From: a virus
IMG/VR virus record: IMGVR_UViG_3300021139_000005
Coordinates: 8,415-72,414 of that record
Direction: 5' to 3' (one strand)
DNA length: 64,000 nucleotides
Within the stretch, counting starts at the first letter, position 1, and the number at the start of each line of letters is the position of its first letter. The translations under genes and the position numbers were made by a program. Below are positions 1 through 9,767 of the stretch, piece by piece. Under the pieces are notes generated by a model that was not told where the DNA came from, made no database searches, and worked only from the letters and a program-made list of their open reading frames with translations.

Positions 1-1
1 T

Positions 2-739
2 TTAGCGGCTCAATGGATGGGGTGGGAAAATGTTTTTCACTGCGAATGGAATGAATTTGGACAAAAGATTTTAAAACACTATTGGCCGAAGGCCGTAAGC
101 TATGGAGATATTACAAAAACAGACTTCACTATTTGGAGAGATAGAATTGACATTCTATCAGGGGGATTCCCATGCCAACCGTATTCAGTTGCCGGTAAAA
201 GGAAAGGCAAAGAGGACGAACGCCATTTATGGCCCGAAATGCTTAGAGCAATATGCGAGATTCAACCGCGCTACATCGTGGGGGAAAATGTTGGCGGAAT
301 CGTTAGTTGGAACCGAGGAATGGTTTTCGAGGAAGTGCAAACTGACTTGGAGGGTGCGGGGTACGAGGTTTGGCCGTATATTCTTCCAGCTTGTGGTAAA
401 GACGCACTCCACGAGCGCGAAAGGATTTGGTTTATTGCCCACTCCGGCAAAAACTTTGGGAGATTTTCCGTTCAGTCCGAAAACCCTGGAACTTCAACAA
501 AACGGGAATGGACTTCGTCCTTCGGGTGCGAAAATTGGGAGCAGTTTGAATTGGCACCCGATAGCGTTACCACACTTACGAGATGGGCTAATAGACCCGC
601 TACTGTTGAATTTTATGATGGGGTTTCCCCCAGATTGGACATTGAAGCCTTTTTTAGAGGCTCAAACAACGGATACGGAAATGCAATAGTGCCACAAGTG
701 GCATTGGGAATTTTTAAAGCAATAGAAAAAACCTTTTAA
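2..739 (+). CDS. C5-cytosine DNA methyltransferase, large (alpha) subunit, 5'-truncated by the window
   Basis: GGFPCQPYS (motif IV), ENV (VI), RER (VIII) and GNAIVPQV (X). The frame is open back to base 2, so motif I lies upstream. Motif IX is absent from this frame. Confidence 0.9.
   Translation, partial: LAAQWMGWENVFHCEWNEFGQKILKHYWPKAVSYGDITKTDFTIWRDRIDILSGGFPCQPYSVAGKRKGKEDERHLWPEMLRAICEIQPRYIVGENVGGIVSWNRGMVFEEVQTDLEGAGYEVWPYILPACGKDALHERERIWFIAHSGKNFGRFSVQSENPGTSTKREWTSSFGCENWEQFELAPDSVTTLTRWANRPATVEFYDGVSPRLDIEAFFRGSNNGYGNAIVPQVALGIFKAIEKTF
102..689 (+). CDS. Nested out-of-frame methyltransferase small (beta) subunit carrying motif IX
   Basis: 195-aa ORF entirely inside the MTase gene, with LLPTP and DPLLLNFMMGFPPDWT (motif IX-like); same arrangement as M.EcoHK31I. 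Confidence 0.7.
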   Translation: MEILQKQTSLFGEIELTFYQGDSHANRIQLPVKGKAKRTNAIYGPKCLEQYARFNRATSWGKMLAESLVGTEEWFSRKCKLTWRVRGTRFGRIFFQLVVKTHSTSAKGFGLLPTPAKTLGDFPFSPKTLELQQNGNGLRPSGAKIGSSLNWHPIALPHLRDGLIDPLLLNFMMGFPPDWTLKPFLEAQTTDTEMQ

Positions 740-875
740 AAAAATGCAACTAGGGTTGAATAAGTATATAGTTACCAACGAATAATTCAGGGTGGTATAG
801 AAGTTGGTAATACGGTTCATGCATCTGATAAAGTAACCATTATAGCAGAGATAGAAGCAGTAAATAGAAAACACG

Positions 876-1472
876 ATGAAATCAAGTGACTTCGAACAAA
901 TGAACTGGCGTATTGACCTCATACCTGACCGTATTGTCATTGAGGAGTATGAGGAGATAAACCAACGTTTCCGCAAGTTCGCCCTTGACTCTGTGAAGAT
1001 ATTCAAGGAAATAACCAACGACCAACTGGTCCGTTTTATCATTTACTCTTACCACAAAAATTCTCCCTTTGTCAGAAAAATCACTGAACCAAAGCATCGT
1101 AAGAATCAAGCCTTATTAGAGGCCGGTGTAGACCTCAAACTCGATGAGGTAAAAGAGATAGTAGCCTGCGAAAACGAAAAGGTTGCTGAGTTGATATATG
1201 CCTTCCTGATTGGCGAAAATAATATCAAGTTCAGCACCCTCATGATGCAGACGGATGCCTACTATAAGATGAACTTCAAACTCGCATATGGCGAGACCAA
1301 CATCACAAAAAGCACTATAGAGTCCATCAAACTTCTTGAACAGAACCTGGAGTCCCTCGCACATGACGTTTTCTTTGGGGAACGGGAAATGGCTAACTTC
1401 GCCATGGGGATAGCGAACCGAGGACTGATCCTGTCTCCCGAAATGAATGCCGCCCAAAACAAAAAAGTTTAG
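876..1472 (+). CDS. Hypothetical protein, possible terminase small subunit
   Basis: Helical 198-aa ORF overlapping the start of terL; positional inference only. Confidence 0.45.
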   Translation: MKSSDFEQMNWRIDLIPDRIVIEEYEEINQRFRKFALDSVKIFKEITNDQLVRFIIYSYHKNSPFVRKITEPKHRKNQALLEAGVDLKLDEVKEIVACENEKVAELIYAFLIGENNIKFSTLMMQTDAYYKMNFKLAYGETNITKSTIESIKLLEQNLESLAHDVFFGEREMANFAMGIANRGLILSPEMNAAQNKKV

Positions 1473-3687
1473 CTACGAAGAATGGCAAGCTACAAGGAAG
1501 ATTAAATCCGGCATCGCGGACCTTGAGCCATATACCATCCAATTTCCAACTCCTCCGGCTCCGGAACTATTTATCAATTATGGACTCCCTGCAAAAGAAC
1601 AATTCTTTGTAAGAGAGGAAAAACCTGAGTGGTTAGACCGGCTCAATAGAATGAAGCGAAGTGAGGCCATGTCAGTGGTCAAAGCCAACCAGTATATGGC
1701 CGAGTGGATAGACAGCCAGTGGAGGAAGCGGAATGAGGGGGTATTCATGTATATCAAAGGCATCCCACTGTATATACCCGGTAAGTATTGGTTCTACATG
1801 AACTATTACTATCAGAACACAGCAAACGGGGTGGCGCTGGCGGACTTCCGGATGCCAGACTTAGAGTGGTTCTGGATATGGTGCCTGTTCGTATTACCCA
1901 ACCCAAACATCTACGGAATAATTGAGTGCACCCTTCGTCGGGATGGGAAATCAGCGCGTAGCTTCGGTGAAGACCTTGAGGAGATAAGCAAGGAGGCCAA
2001 CGTAAAGGCCGGCGCTCAGAGTAAGACCGACAAGGATGCCAAGGATACTTTTCAGGAGTTTATTGTTGAGCCTTGGCGAAGGCTACCCTTCTTCTTCAAC
2101 CCCATATTCGACAACAAAACATATCCGTCAAAGGAAATAAACTTCAGGTCACCATCGACATCAGGTGAGAGCCTGGATGCATCTATACTCGCGGAAGCGG
2201 TAATGGATGAGCTGGGCAGTTCAATTGAGGTAAGGGCCACCGTTGACAATGCATTTGACGGTAGAAAACTTCGTCGGTACACCTTGGACGAGGCAGGTAA
2301 GATTGAAGAAATGGATGTGTATGAGGCATGGCGTATCCACAAACAGTGCCTCAGAGTAGGTCAGAAGATGGTAGGTAAGGCCAAGATCACAACTACTGTT
2401 GAGGAGATGGTTAAGCTGGGCATGGAGCCATTCTGGAGGATATGGGACGAATCAGACCGCAAGCCGGAGAAGATGACCAAGCTGAATCAAACCGTCAGCG
2501 GACTTGTACCGATATTCAAGCCAGCGCATGAGGCATACATCTACGATCAATACGGGTTCCCAATAGCTGACGAACCAACACCAGAGCAGGCAGAGTATAG
2601 GAAATCTGTTCTTATTGCCGAGAATCGTTTGGAGGAGGTAAAGCAGGGACAGCACTTCCTCGGAGCCAAGGAGTTATTAAAGATGGAGGAGGAGTCTCTT
2701 TCGGGGAAAGCAAGGCAATCATTCCTCCGAATGTATCCACCATCTATATCAGTGGCCAGGAGGTCAAACAGCACAGAGTGTGCGTTCCCCGAGCATCAGG
2801 AAATAATTGAAAACAGGTTGGATGAACTTCGGTTTGGTCAGGACGATGTGTATGTCGGGAACCTTGAGTGGAAGGATAACATCCAGGATAGTGAGATAGT
2901 GTGGGTACCATGCAATCACAGGGATAGGCAGGGTAAGGTTTATGGGGATGAGTGCCCTCGGTGCCGGTTCAGATTCTTTACAATGGATCACCTGAGATAT
3001 GTCAACAACAACTCCAGGGACTCGATGGGGTATCTGATGCCAGGAAATAAGGGGAAGGGCATGGTATCAGCGGATACGTTCAAGTACGCTAACACTTCAG
3101 GGAACCGAAAGTCTCAGGCCGCATCTCATGGCTATTGGGAGTTCGATTTAGAGGTTGATCAGGGCAGGGACCACGTTGACCAGGTATCCGATGACTTCAT
3201 CTTTGAATACTTATTCAGGCCCAAAACACCGGCAGACTTCTGTGAGGACATGGTAAAGGTCTGTTTCTGGCTGGGCTGGGAGATGTTCCCCGAAATAAAC
3301 CTTGCTACTGTGTGGGACTACTTCCTTGCCCGGGGATATGAAAACTTCCTGAAGTTCAAGAAAATGTTCAAAATCGTTGACGGAAAGTATAAGATAGAGG
3401 AGAGCAAAACACCGGGGATGGTTACGCTCGGGGATCAATCAAAACTTCCGACGTTCGCAGCGGTAGAGACCTACCTGGACAAAAACGGATACAAATGCAA
3501 GGCTCGTAAATTCCTTCAGGACTGCAAGGACGTAGAGTTCTCAAAACTGACCAAATATGATGCCTTTGTGTCTGGCTCTCAGTGCCTTTATGCAAGGTCT
3601 CCGGTCCAAAGATTTAAGCCAAAAGTGGAGGTAAAGACGCGAACAGGACTCGACGGAGCATTTATGCTCAAGCAGGCAGGTACTTAA
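1447..3687 (+). CDS. terL: Terminase large subunit
   Basis: Walker A RRDGKS, Walker B YTLDEAGK, C-terminal acidic nuclease motifs (SADTF, YD); directly upstream of the portal gene. Confidence 0.92.
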   Translation: MPPKTKKFSYEEWQATRKIKSGIADLEPYTIQFPTPPAPELFINYGLPAKEQFFVREEKPEWLDRLNRMKRSEAMSVVKANQYMAEWIDSQWRKRNEGVFMYIKGIPLYIPGKYWFYMNYYYQNTANGVALADFRMPDLEWFWIWCLFVLPNPNIYGIIECTLRRDGKSARSFGEDLEEISKEANVKAGAQSKTDKDAKDTFQEFIVEPWRRLPFFFNPIFDNKTYPSKEINFRSPSTSGESLDASILAEAVMDELGSSIEVRATVDNAFDGRKLRRYTLDEAGKIEEMDVYEAWRIHKQCLRVGQKMVGKAKITTTVEEMVKLGMEPFWRIWDESDRKPEKMTKLNQTVSGLVPIFKPAHEAYIYDQYGFPIADEPTPEQAEYRKSVLIAENRLEEVKQGQHFLGAKELLKMEEESLSGKARQSFLRMYPPSISVARRSNSTECAFPEHQEIIENRLDELRFGQDDVYVGNLEWKDNIQDSEIVWVPCNHRDRQGKVYGDECPRCRFRFFTMDHLRYVNNNSRDSMGYLMPGNKGKGMVSADTFKYANTSGNRKSQAASHGYWEFDLEVDQGRDHVDQVSDDFIFEYLFRPKTPADFCEDMVKVCFWLGWEMFPEINLATVWDYFLARGYENFLKFKKMFKIVDGKYKIEESKTPGMVTLGDQSKLPTFAAVETYLDKNGYKCKARKFLQDCKDVEFSKLTKYDAFVSGSQCLYARSPVQRFKPKVEVKTRTGLDGAFMLKQAGT

Positions 3688-3694
3688 TTTTCGA

Positions 3695-3702
3695 TACTTT
3701 TG
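3695..3702 (+). promoter_or_regulatory. Bacteroidota-type -7 promoter element (TACTTTTG)
   Basis: Matches TAnnTTTG in the intergenic gap before the portal gene. Confidence 0.6.
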
Positions 3703-3717
3703 TCGTAAACAAGCAGC

Positions 3718-6075
3718 ATGCAGTTCACTCCTGAAACCCTACCAGATTGCCCACCAGAATTTGACGGATCATTTCCATCGCATTTGGTGGACCCGGGTAG
3801 AAAAGACAAGGCATGGCACCTGGCATATGTCCGTGGGATGTATTATCAGTGCAAGAATAACCTCGGATATTTCAGCAATGATCGAAAGTATGATTGGGTG
3901 GATGCAAGACTATATGCTGATGGTAATCAACCAGTTGAGAAGTATCACAAGTGGTCATCAAGGCTAACAGATGGAGCCGGAAATGTGGTAAGTTACATGG
4001 ACTTAAACTGGAAGATTGTATCCCCTCTTCCAAAGTTCTGCGCGGTATTAAAGGGTTACTTCTCGAAGCTCCAATACAAGATTCAGGCAACCTCGATCAA
4101 CCCGGAGGCATCAGATGACAAAAACAAAATCAAGGAAAGCATATGGGCCAGCAAAACCCTTAAACCATTCTTCGCTGAACTTGAACAGATTGCTCAACAG
4201 AGCTTTGGGGAAAATCCCATCCTTCCATTTGTACCGGACACCAAAGAAGAGCTTGAAATGTTCTTCAAAATGAGTTACCGTGACCAGGCTGAGATGGCTA
4301 TGGAAATGGGACTTCGTCAGGTATTTTACGAGAACGATTGGGATACCATGTCGGATGAGCTGTGGGATGACGTTATCCGTTTGGGAGCGCTGGGCACATG
4401 CACGTATGTTGACCGCATCAGCAAGAAGATAAAGATGCGCTACTGTGATCCGGTAAACATGATATTGGATACGTTCAGGGGTCATGATGGTGAGTCTATG
4501 GAGAGAATCGGTGAGTTCAGATTGATGACCATACAGCAATTGAAGCTGGCTGCGGGGGATCAGTTTACTGAGGCTGAATATTACGACATGGCCTATCGCC
4601 ATCGCGGACAGTATGGAAACCAGAACAACCTGGTGCCCTATGCTGACTATGTGAACACGGACTCGCTGTATACTTACAACCAGTGGGATAATTACCAGAT
4701 ACTTGTGCTTGAATTCTACACCGATAGCTGTGATAGAATAATGCGCGAAAGGAAGCCGGTAAAGGGGGTAAACTACTACTTCAAAAAACCTTTTGACACT
4801 CCTCTTGGAAAGAAGCAGGTGACCGACGAGTCCGGCAAGATGTTGTATGAGAAAGAGGTTTTCGCTACCGATACCAAGACCGTCTACGGAGGTGTTTGGA
4901 TTGTGGGGACCGACTATATCTACGATTGGGGAAAGACCACCGATATATCCAGGCCAAAGGATAACAGGAAGGAAGTAATGAAGCCAATGCGCTTCTACCG
5001 CTGTGAGAACCAATCAAGGATAGAACTTGCTATCCCTTTCGCGGACTCATACATGCTGTCATGGCTCAAGATTCAGAACCTGAAGGCTCGGGCAATTCCA
5101 AAGGGAATCATGATCGAGATTGGGGCATTCGAAAACGTTGCTCTGGATGGTAAGATTCAAAGCGCCAGGGAGTTGCTGGAGCTGGCCATTCAATCAGGTA
5201 TAATTGTCTACCGGAAGAATTCAACAATCGATGATGAAAACTACGACACTTCGCATCCAATAACGGAGACCAAGGGTGGTATGGGAGCCGAGTTCAAGGA
5301 GCTTATCGAGTCCATGGCAAATGACCTTATGAGCATTCGTGAGGTAATGGGGATATCTCAGATGTTTGATGCATCACAGCAGAATCCAAAACAACTTGTC
5401 GGTACCGCAGAGATGGCATACGAGGGAACAGAAAATGCCTTGGCACCATTAGTCAAGGGCTATCAGTGGATGCACAAAAAATGTGCTCTCGATGTGTGTT
5501 TGAAGTTCCAAATATTGGCCAGGTATATGGACCTAGAAGTGTATGAGCCAAGCATCGGAAGGGGACCGGTTCAGCGTTTGAAGATGGGCAAGGATATATC
5601 CTCTGTTACATACGGAATCGAACTTGAGGCACTGCCTACACAGGAGCAGAAACAGCGGATACTTGAGGCTGCAAAAGGAGCGCTTCAAAGCACGAACGAT
5701 CCTACTAAGGGAGGTATTGATTGGTCCGACTATCTCAAGATTGAGAAGTGGGTCATCAATGGGGATTGGAAGCTGGCCGATGCTTACTTCGTTTACCGGG
5801 TTAAACAGTCCAAACAGGAACTCGCTAAACAGGCTCAGGATAACATCAAGGCCCAGGGAGAGCAGAACCAGAAACTGCAACAGGAAAAACTGCAGGCAGA
5901 TGCTCAAAATATGCAGATGGAAATCAAGGGCAAAAAGGAGCTCAGCGACAACCAGGCACAGAACGATATGAAGGTCATTGGGTTCGAATATGACAAGAAG
6001 AAAGAGCTTCTTGGAATGGACCATGGGCATGACCTGGCGGTTGCCAGAGGGGAACGCGCAAATGCCAAAAAATAA
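3718..6075 (+). CDS. Portal protein
   Basis: 785 aa after TerL, crAss-like portal features (YMDLNWKIVSPLPKF), C-terminal Q/K coiled coil. Confidence 0.88.
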   Translation: MQFTPETLPDCPPEFDGSFPSHLVDPGRKDKAWHLAYVRGMYYQCKNNLGYFSNDRKYDWVDARLYADGNQPVEKYHKWSSRLTDGAGNVVSYMDLNWKIVSPLPKFCAVLKGYFSKLQYKIQATSINPEASDDKNKIKESIWASKTLKPFFAELEQIAQQSFGENPILPFVPDTKEELEMFFKMSYRDQAEMAMEMGLRQVFYENDWDTMSDELWDDVIRLGALGTCTYVDRISKKIKMRYCDPVNMILDTFRGHDGESMERIGEFRLMTIQQLKLAAGDQFTEAEYYDMAYRHRGQYGNQNNLVPYADYVNTDSLYTYNQWDNYQILVLEFYTDSCDRIMRERKPVKGVNYYFKKPFDTPLGKKQVTDESGKMLYEKEVFATDTKTVYGGVWIVGTDYIYDWGKTTDISRPKDNRKEVMKPMRFYRCENQSRIELAIPFADSYMLSWLKIQNLKARAIPKGIMIEIGAFENVALDGKIQSARELLELAIQSGIIVYRKNSTIDDENYDTSHPITETKGGMGAEFKELIESMANDLMSIREVMGISQMFDASQQNPKQLVGTAEMAYEGTENALAPLVKGYQWMHKKCALDVCLKFQILARYMDLEVYEPSIGRGPVQRLKMGKDISSVTYGIELEALPTQEQKQRILEAAKGALQSTNDPTKGGIDWSDYLKIEKWVINGDWKLADAYFVYRVKQSKQELAKQAQDNIKAQGEQNQKLQQEKLQADAQNMQMEIKGKKELSDNQAQNDMKVIGFEYDKKKELLGMDHGHDLAVARGERANAKK

Positions 6076-6109
6076 AAATCTTAGTTTTGTAACCAATTAA
6101 ACCAAGTAT

Positions 6110-7327
6110 ATGACACCAACAGTAGGGTCAAAAGGAAAAGAAGCGGGTATTGTCGCTGCAGAAATGGGCATTGTCGTAAAATCGGGACCCGAAATGGGAA
6201 CTGGCGGCAATGGTCAGAATCAGGACAATAACTCAACAGCCAACGAAAAACCTGCCGGCAACGGACAAGGATCAACGGAGCAGAAGACGGTCGTTCAGCC
6301 CAAAGTGATAAACATTGGGAAGAAACCGGTGGAAACGCCGGCAAAAACAGTAGTTCCCGAGAAAGGAACCGAAACAGCACCCGCAGTAGTTGCGGACGAT
6401 TTTGATACCAGATTTGAGTCTCGTTTGAGCGAAATGTTCGGGCATGATTCGAAGAAGTTATCAGAAGTGTTGGGCCGGGTACCAGTTCTTGAAGAACAAC
6501 TAAACGCAGACCCTTACAAAAATCCTTTTACTAAACAGTTGGATGACTTGCTTGGAAAGGGAATACCGGTAGAAACAGCGGTTAAGTATTTGACCACTGA
6601 CTCAACCAAACTGTCGCACAAGGAGCTTATGGCTTTCAAAATGCAACAGGAATATCCGGAAATGGCAATCGAGAAGATCGTTCGCCAGATAGACCGGAAG
6701 TATAAATTGGGTGACTTCGCGCCCACCAAGAAAGTTGATGGCGAAGACGTACCTGACGAATCAGATGGACTTGAACAATTGGAATTCGATGCCCAGCCTA
6801 TCAAAAAAGAGTTCGACGCTCTGAAGGGCCAGATGTTGGAGACCGGTAAATCAAGGGCAGATGTAGTAAATCAGCAACGAGAAGTAGAAAGAGTAAAGTC
6901 ATGGGCACCGGTAGCTCAGAAGGTCGTAAATGATTTCGATGCAATCGAAGCAACAATGCCTAATGGCAACGTTCTGAAGTTCGCGGTTGAAATGACCCCT
7001 GAAGAAAAAACGGCCTATGAGGGACAGATTGCTCAGTTAATCAAGAGCACTCCTGGCCTGGGAACAGATGAGGCTGGCATTAAAACCGCAAGAGCCGTAG
7101 TTGAAACTCTTTACGTAGCAAAGAACTGGCAAAAGATGGCAATCGCATTTGCTGAACAAGGTCGGACGATGTCTGACGAGGAGTGGATTGCCGAAATACA
7201 TAACCCTAGCCTTGGGAATACGGCTGCTAAACCTTATACCGGTACCAAGCCAAAAGCTGACCGGGATGACCAGATAGTAGGCCATATCGAAAAAGTAGAA
7301 GGCAGGGCAAGAACGAGAACCAAGTAA
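6110..7327 (+). CDS. Putative capsid scaffolding/assembly protein
   Basis: Disordered N-terminus and acidic helical body, located between portal and MCP. Confidence 0.6.
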   Translation: MTPTVGSKGKEAGIVAAEMGIVVKSGPEMGTGGNGQNQDNNSTANEKPAGNGQGSTEQKTVVQPKVINIGKKPVETPAKTVVPEKGTETAPAVVADDFDTRFESRLSEMFGHDSKKLSEVLGRVPVLEEQLNADPYKNPFTKQLDDLLGKGIPVETAVKYLTTDSTKLSHKELMAFKMQQEYPEMAIEKIVRQIDRKYKLGDFAPTKKVDGEDVPDESDGLEQLEFDAQPIKKEFDALKGQMLETGKSRADVVNQQREVERVKSWAPVAQKVVNDFDAIEATMPNGNVLKFAVEMTPEEKTAYEGQIAQLIKSTPGLGTDEAGIKTARAVVETLYVAKNWQKMAIAFAEQGRTMSDEEWIAEIHNPSLGNTAAKPYTGTKPKADRDDQIVGHIEKVEGRARTRTK

Positions 7328-7349
7328 ACCTCTTTATTTCTAACCGAAA

Positions 7350-8711
7350 ATGATACCACAAACCAATGTGCCGTCCGCAGTTGTCGCGAATGCAACGGAC
7401 GCGTATATCTCCACATTCGACATACACATGCCGAGCAAGCGTAACAAACTGTTCAAACGCTTCGGTAAGCAGGGTGTAGGCTTCTTCAATACTCTCGAAA
7501 CCCTGGGATTTGTTGATGCCGTTAACCAAACCAACTGGAGCCATTATGAAGAAGACTACTGGCATGAAACATTTACCGTTCAGACATCAGTTGCCGATCC
7601 CGGTGCTGGTAACCCGGTAAATATTCGTCTTGCCGCTTCGAACGTAAACAGCTCTGGCTATTTCTACGTAAGACTTTATGATGACGTTTTATTCCCTAAC
7701 CAGGTAACCGGTAAGGTAGTTGCAATCGATACCACATCGTTCGCTACTCCACAGATAACTGTTCAACCTCACGTTGCAGCTTCTGATATTGGTGCGCTTG
7801 CTGCCGGTCAGGAACTTTCTATTTACTCTAACGGCTTCCAGGAAGATACTGATCAACCTGATGGACGTATCGCTGGGGTATCTGAGTTCTCTTTCGGTGC
7901 TAAGATCATCAAGGAAACCTTTACTGTATCAGGAACGGAAATGACGAACAAGGCATGGTTTGATACCGATAGCGATGGAAACTACATCGGCGCTTACTAC
8001 CTTGACGGACAGCTTCAGGCCGATTACCGTATTGCCCTTCAAATTGATGGTGCCTCTCTTTGGGACTCTCCTATCACTAATACTGTGTTGTCGAATGCCG
8101 GCCACAGGAACATGACAGGTCTGATTCCATGGATGACTACCAATAGCCCTACAGCAGTTTATACTGGCGGTCTGTTCTCAATGTCTAACGTTGATTACAT
8201 GATCAAGAGATTCACCAAGCTGTTCGCTACTGACACCTATATGTGGATGAACGGTATTGACCTGAGCATCGAAGTAGAAAACGTATTGACTGACTTCTTC
8301 GATCCGAACCCTAAGATTTTCGCGGGTTCTGTTGAGGGAAGTACTTCTCAGGAACTGAACATCGGTTTCTCGGGTATTAAAAAGTCTGACTTTACCTTCT
8401 ACCTGAAGAACATGGGTGTGTTCTCTAACCCTAAGACCTATAACATCGCTGGCTATAACGTAACCGGCCTGGGCTTAGTAACTCCGCTTGGTACCGCAAA
8501 AGACCCTAAAAAGGCTGTGAATATTCCTTTCATGGGAATGCGTTACAAAGAAATGGATGGATACTCTCGTAAGATGGAGGTTTGGCCTTTATCCGGTGCC
8601 GGTAACGGGCCGAAGAATATCAGCCGTGACCGTCACACCATCAACATGCGTTGTGAAATGGGAACAGAGTTCTTTGGATCAAACAACTTCTTCCTCTGGC
8701 AGAAGGCGTAA
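7350..8711 (+). CDS. Major capsid protein
   Basis: 453 aa, canonical position, high-expression codon bias, strong downstream terminator, crAss-type segments (KIIKETFTVSGTEM). Confidence 0.88.
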   Translation: MIPQTNVPSAVVANATDAYISTFDIHMPSKRNKLFKRFGKQGVGFFNTLETLGFVDAVNQTNWSHYEEDYWHETFTVQTSVADPGAGNPVNIRLAASNVNSSGYFYVRLYDDVLFPNQVTGKVVAIDTTSFATPQITVQPHVAASDIGALAAGQELSIYSNGFQEDTDQPDGRIAGVSEFSFGAKIIKETFTVSGTEMTNKAWFDTDSDGNYIGAYYLDGQLQADYRIALQIDGASLWDSPITNTVLSNAGHRNMTGLIPWMTTNSPTAVYTGGLFSMSNVDYMIKRFTKLFATDTYMWMNGIDLSIEVENVLTDFFDPNPKIFAGSVEGSTSQELNIGFSGIKKSDFTFYLKNMGVFSNPKTYNIAGYNVTGLGLVTPLGTAKDPKKAVNIPFMGMRYKEMDGYSRKMEVWPLSGAGNGPKNISRDRHTINMRCEMGTEFFGSNNFFLWQKA

Positions 8712-8725
8712 TTGCAAACAAATAA

Positions 8726-8759
8726 AAGGTAGGCCGGCTTGTCCGGCCACCTTCTTTTT
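8726..8759 (+). terminator. Intrinsic terminator after MCP
   Basis: aaggt-ggccgg/ccggcc-acctt stem followed by a T-run. Confidence 0.8.
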
Positions 8760-8783
8760 CAAGAATAACTAAATTTAAAAACT

Positions 8784-9734
8784 ATGTTGTACCTCAACGA
8801 AAAACAGTGGGACAAAAAGGAATGGATGGTCGAACTATCGAAACACTTCGATGTTAAGGCCAACAAGAAGAAAGAATTTGCTTTTCATTTAACCGATCAC
8901 TACCGGGGAGTAAAGTATGTAGATAACAAGGCTGTTCCTACGTATCCCGAATCGCTCAATTACCCAATGCGTTATGCAATGAGGATGAATGGCGAAGATG
9001 TGCAGTTGAGATATGCGGTTAACCCGAGCCTGGTAAAGCCGGCAAAGGGGGGTGGAACGACCACCGTTGATGATGCAGACCGTATCATCTTCAACAACGG
9101 AGTATTTAGAGTAAAGGCTGACCAACTGGATTTGTATCTGTTCATGCTGTTAGCACCGAACAATTACACCAACCCTTATTACTTCAATTACGAGAAGAGA
9201 AAGGGACAGCCTGATTTGATGGTAAGGAACGATGAGGCGGTGCCTACAGGCGTTCAGATGATGTTCAAAGAGAAAAATGCAGAACTGGAACAGGCCGATG
9301 CCTTTGATCAGGCGAGAGCGAAATATACTGCGGAGAATCACATCTTCTCAGTGTTGACCGAGGGCGAGTGCAGGGAACTTTATAAAAACTACGGGGAGCA
9401 TGACTACGCTGAGTCAACCCTGAAGAGGATCAAAAACTTCCTGTTAGGGAAGGCTTCTGAGAATCCAACGTTGTTCATGGAGAACGTTAACAGCGATGTG
9501 AGGACCATCAAGACCAAGGTGGTAGAGGCCATCAATGCAGAATTGATAGTCTTTGATTCGAAGTCAAGCTGGTGGAAGTGGACAGGTCCGAAGGGTGAGA
9601 GGATCATCCAGGTGGCAAGAGGCCAGGATAATATCTTAGCTTTGGTTCGCTATATCAACGAAAAAGATGACGGTTCTTTACTGGCCGCATTGGAGGAAAA
9701 GGTAATAGCTGCTGAAAAAGAAATGGCAGAGTAA
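8784..9734 (+). CDS. Conserved post-MCP protein (crAss-like virion/assembly gene)
   Basis: 316-aa ORF in the syntenic position after MCP. Confidence 0.55.
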   Translation: MLYLNEKQWDKKEWMVELSKHFDVKANKKKEFAFHLTDHYRGVKYVDNKAVPTYPESLNYPMRYAMRMNGEDVQLRYAVNPSLVKPAKGGGTTTVDDADRIIFNNGVFRVKADQLDLYLFMLLAPNNYTNPYYFNYEKRKGQPDLMVRNDEAVPTGVQMMFKEKNAELEQADAFDQARAKYTAENHIFSVLTEGECRELYKNYGEHDYAESTLKRIKNFLLGKASENPTLFMENVNSDVRTIKTKVVEAINAELIVFDSKSSWWKWTGPKGERIIQVARGQDNILALVRYINEKDDGSLLAALEEKVIAAEKEMAE

Positions 9735-9739
9735 CAATT

Positions 9740-9755
9740 GGGCTTCGGCCCTTTT
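9740..9755 (+). terminator. Short UUCG hairpin terminator
   Basis: gggc-ttcg-gccc-tttt. Confidence 0.6.
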
Positions 9756-9767
9756 AAAATTTATATC

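Noticed and set aside
744-888. Possible frameshifted small gene (MQLGLNKYIV... / ...IIQGGIEVGNTVHASDKVTII) between the MTase and ORF 876
   Set aside because: Too short to assign; a pseudogene cannot be distinguished from chance
4111-5013. 300-aa antisense ORF inside the portal gene, and similar antisense ORFs in other long genes
   Set aside because: Shadow ORFs with no motifs or expression signals
1447-8711. Introns or inteins in terL, portal or MCP
   Set aside because: The ORFs are continuous, of expected size, and show no intein or homing-endonuclease motifs
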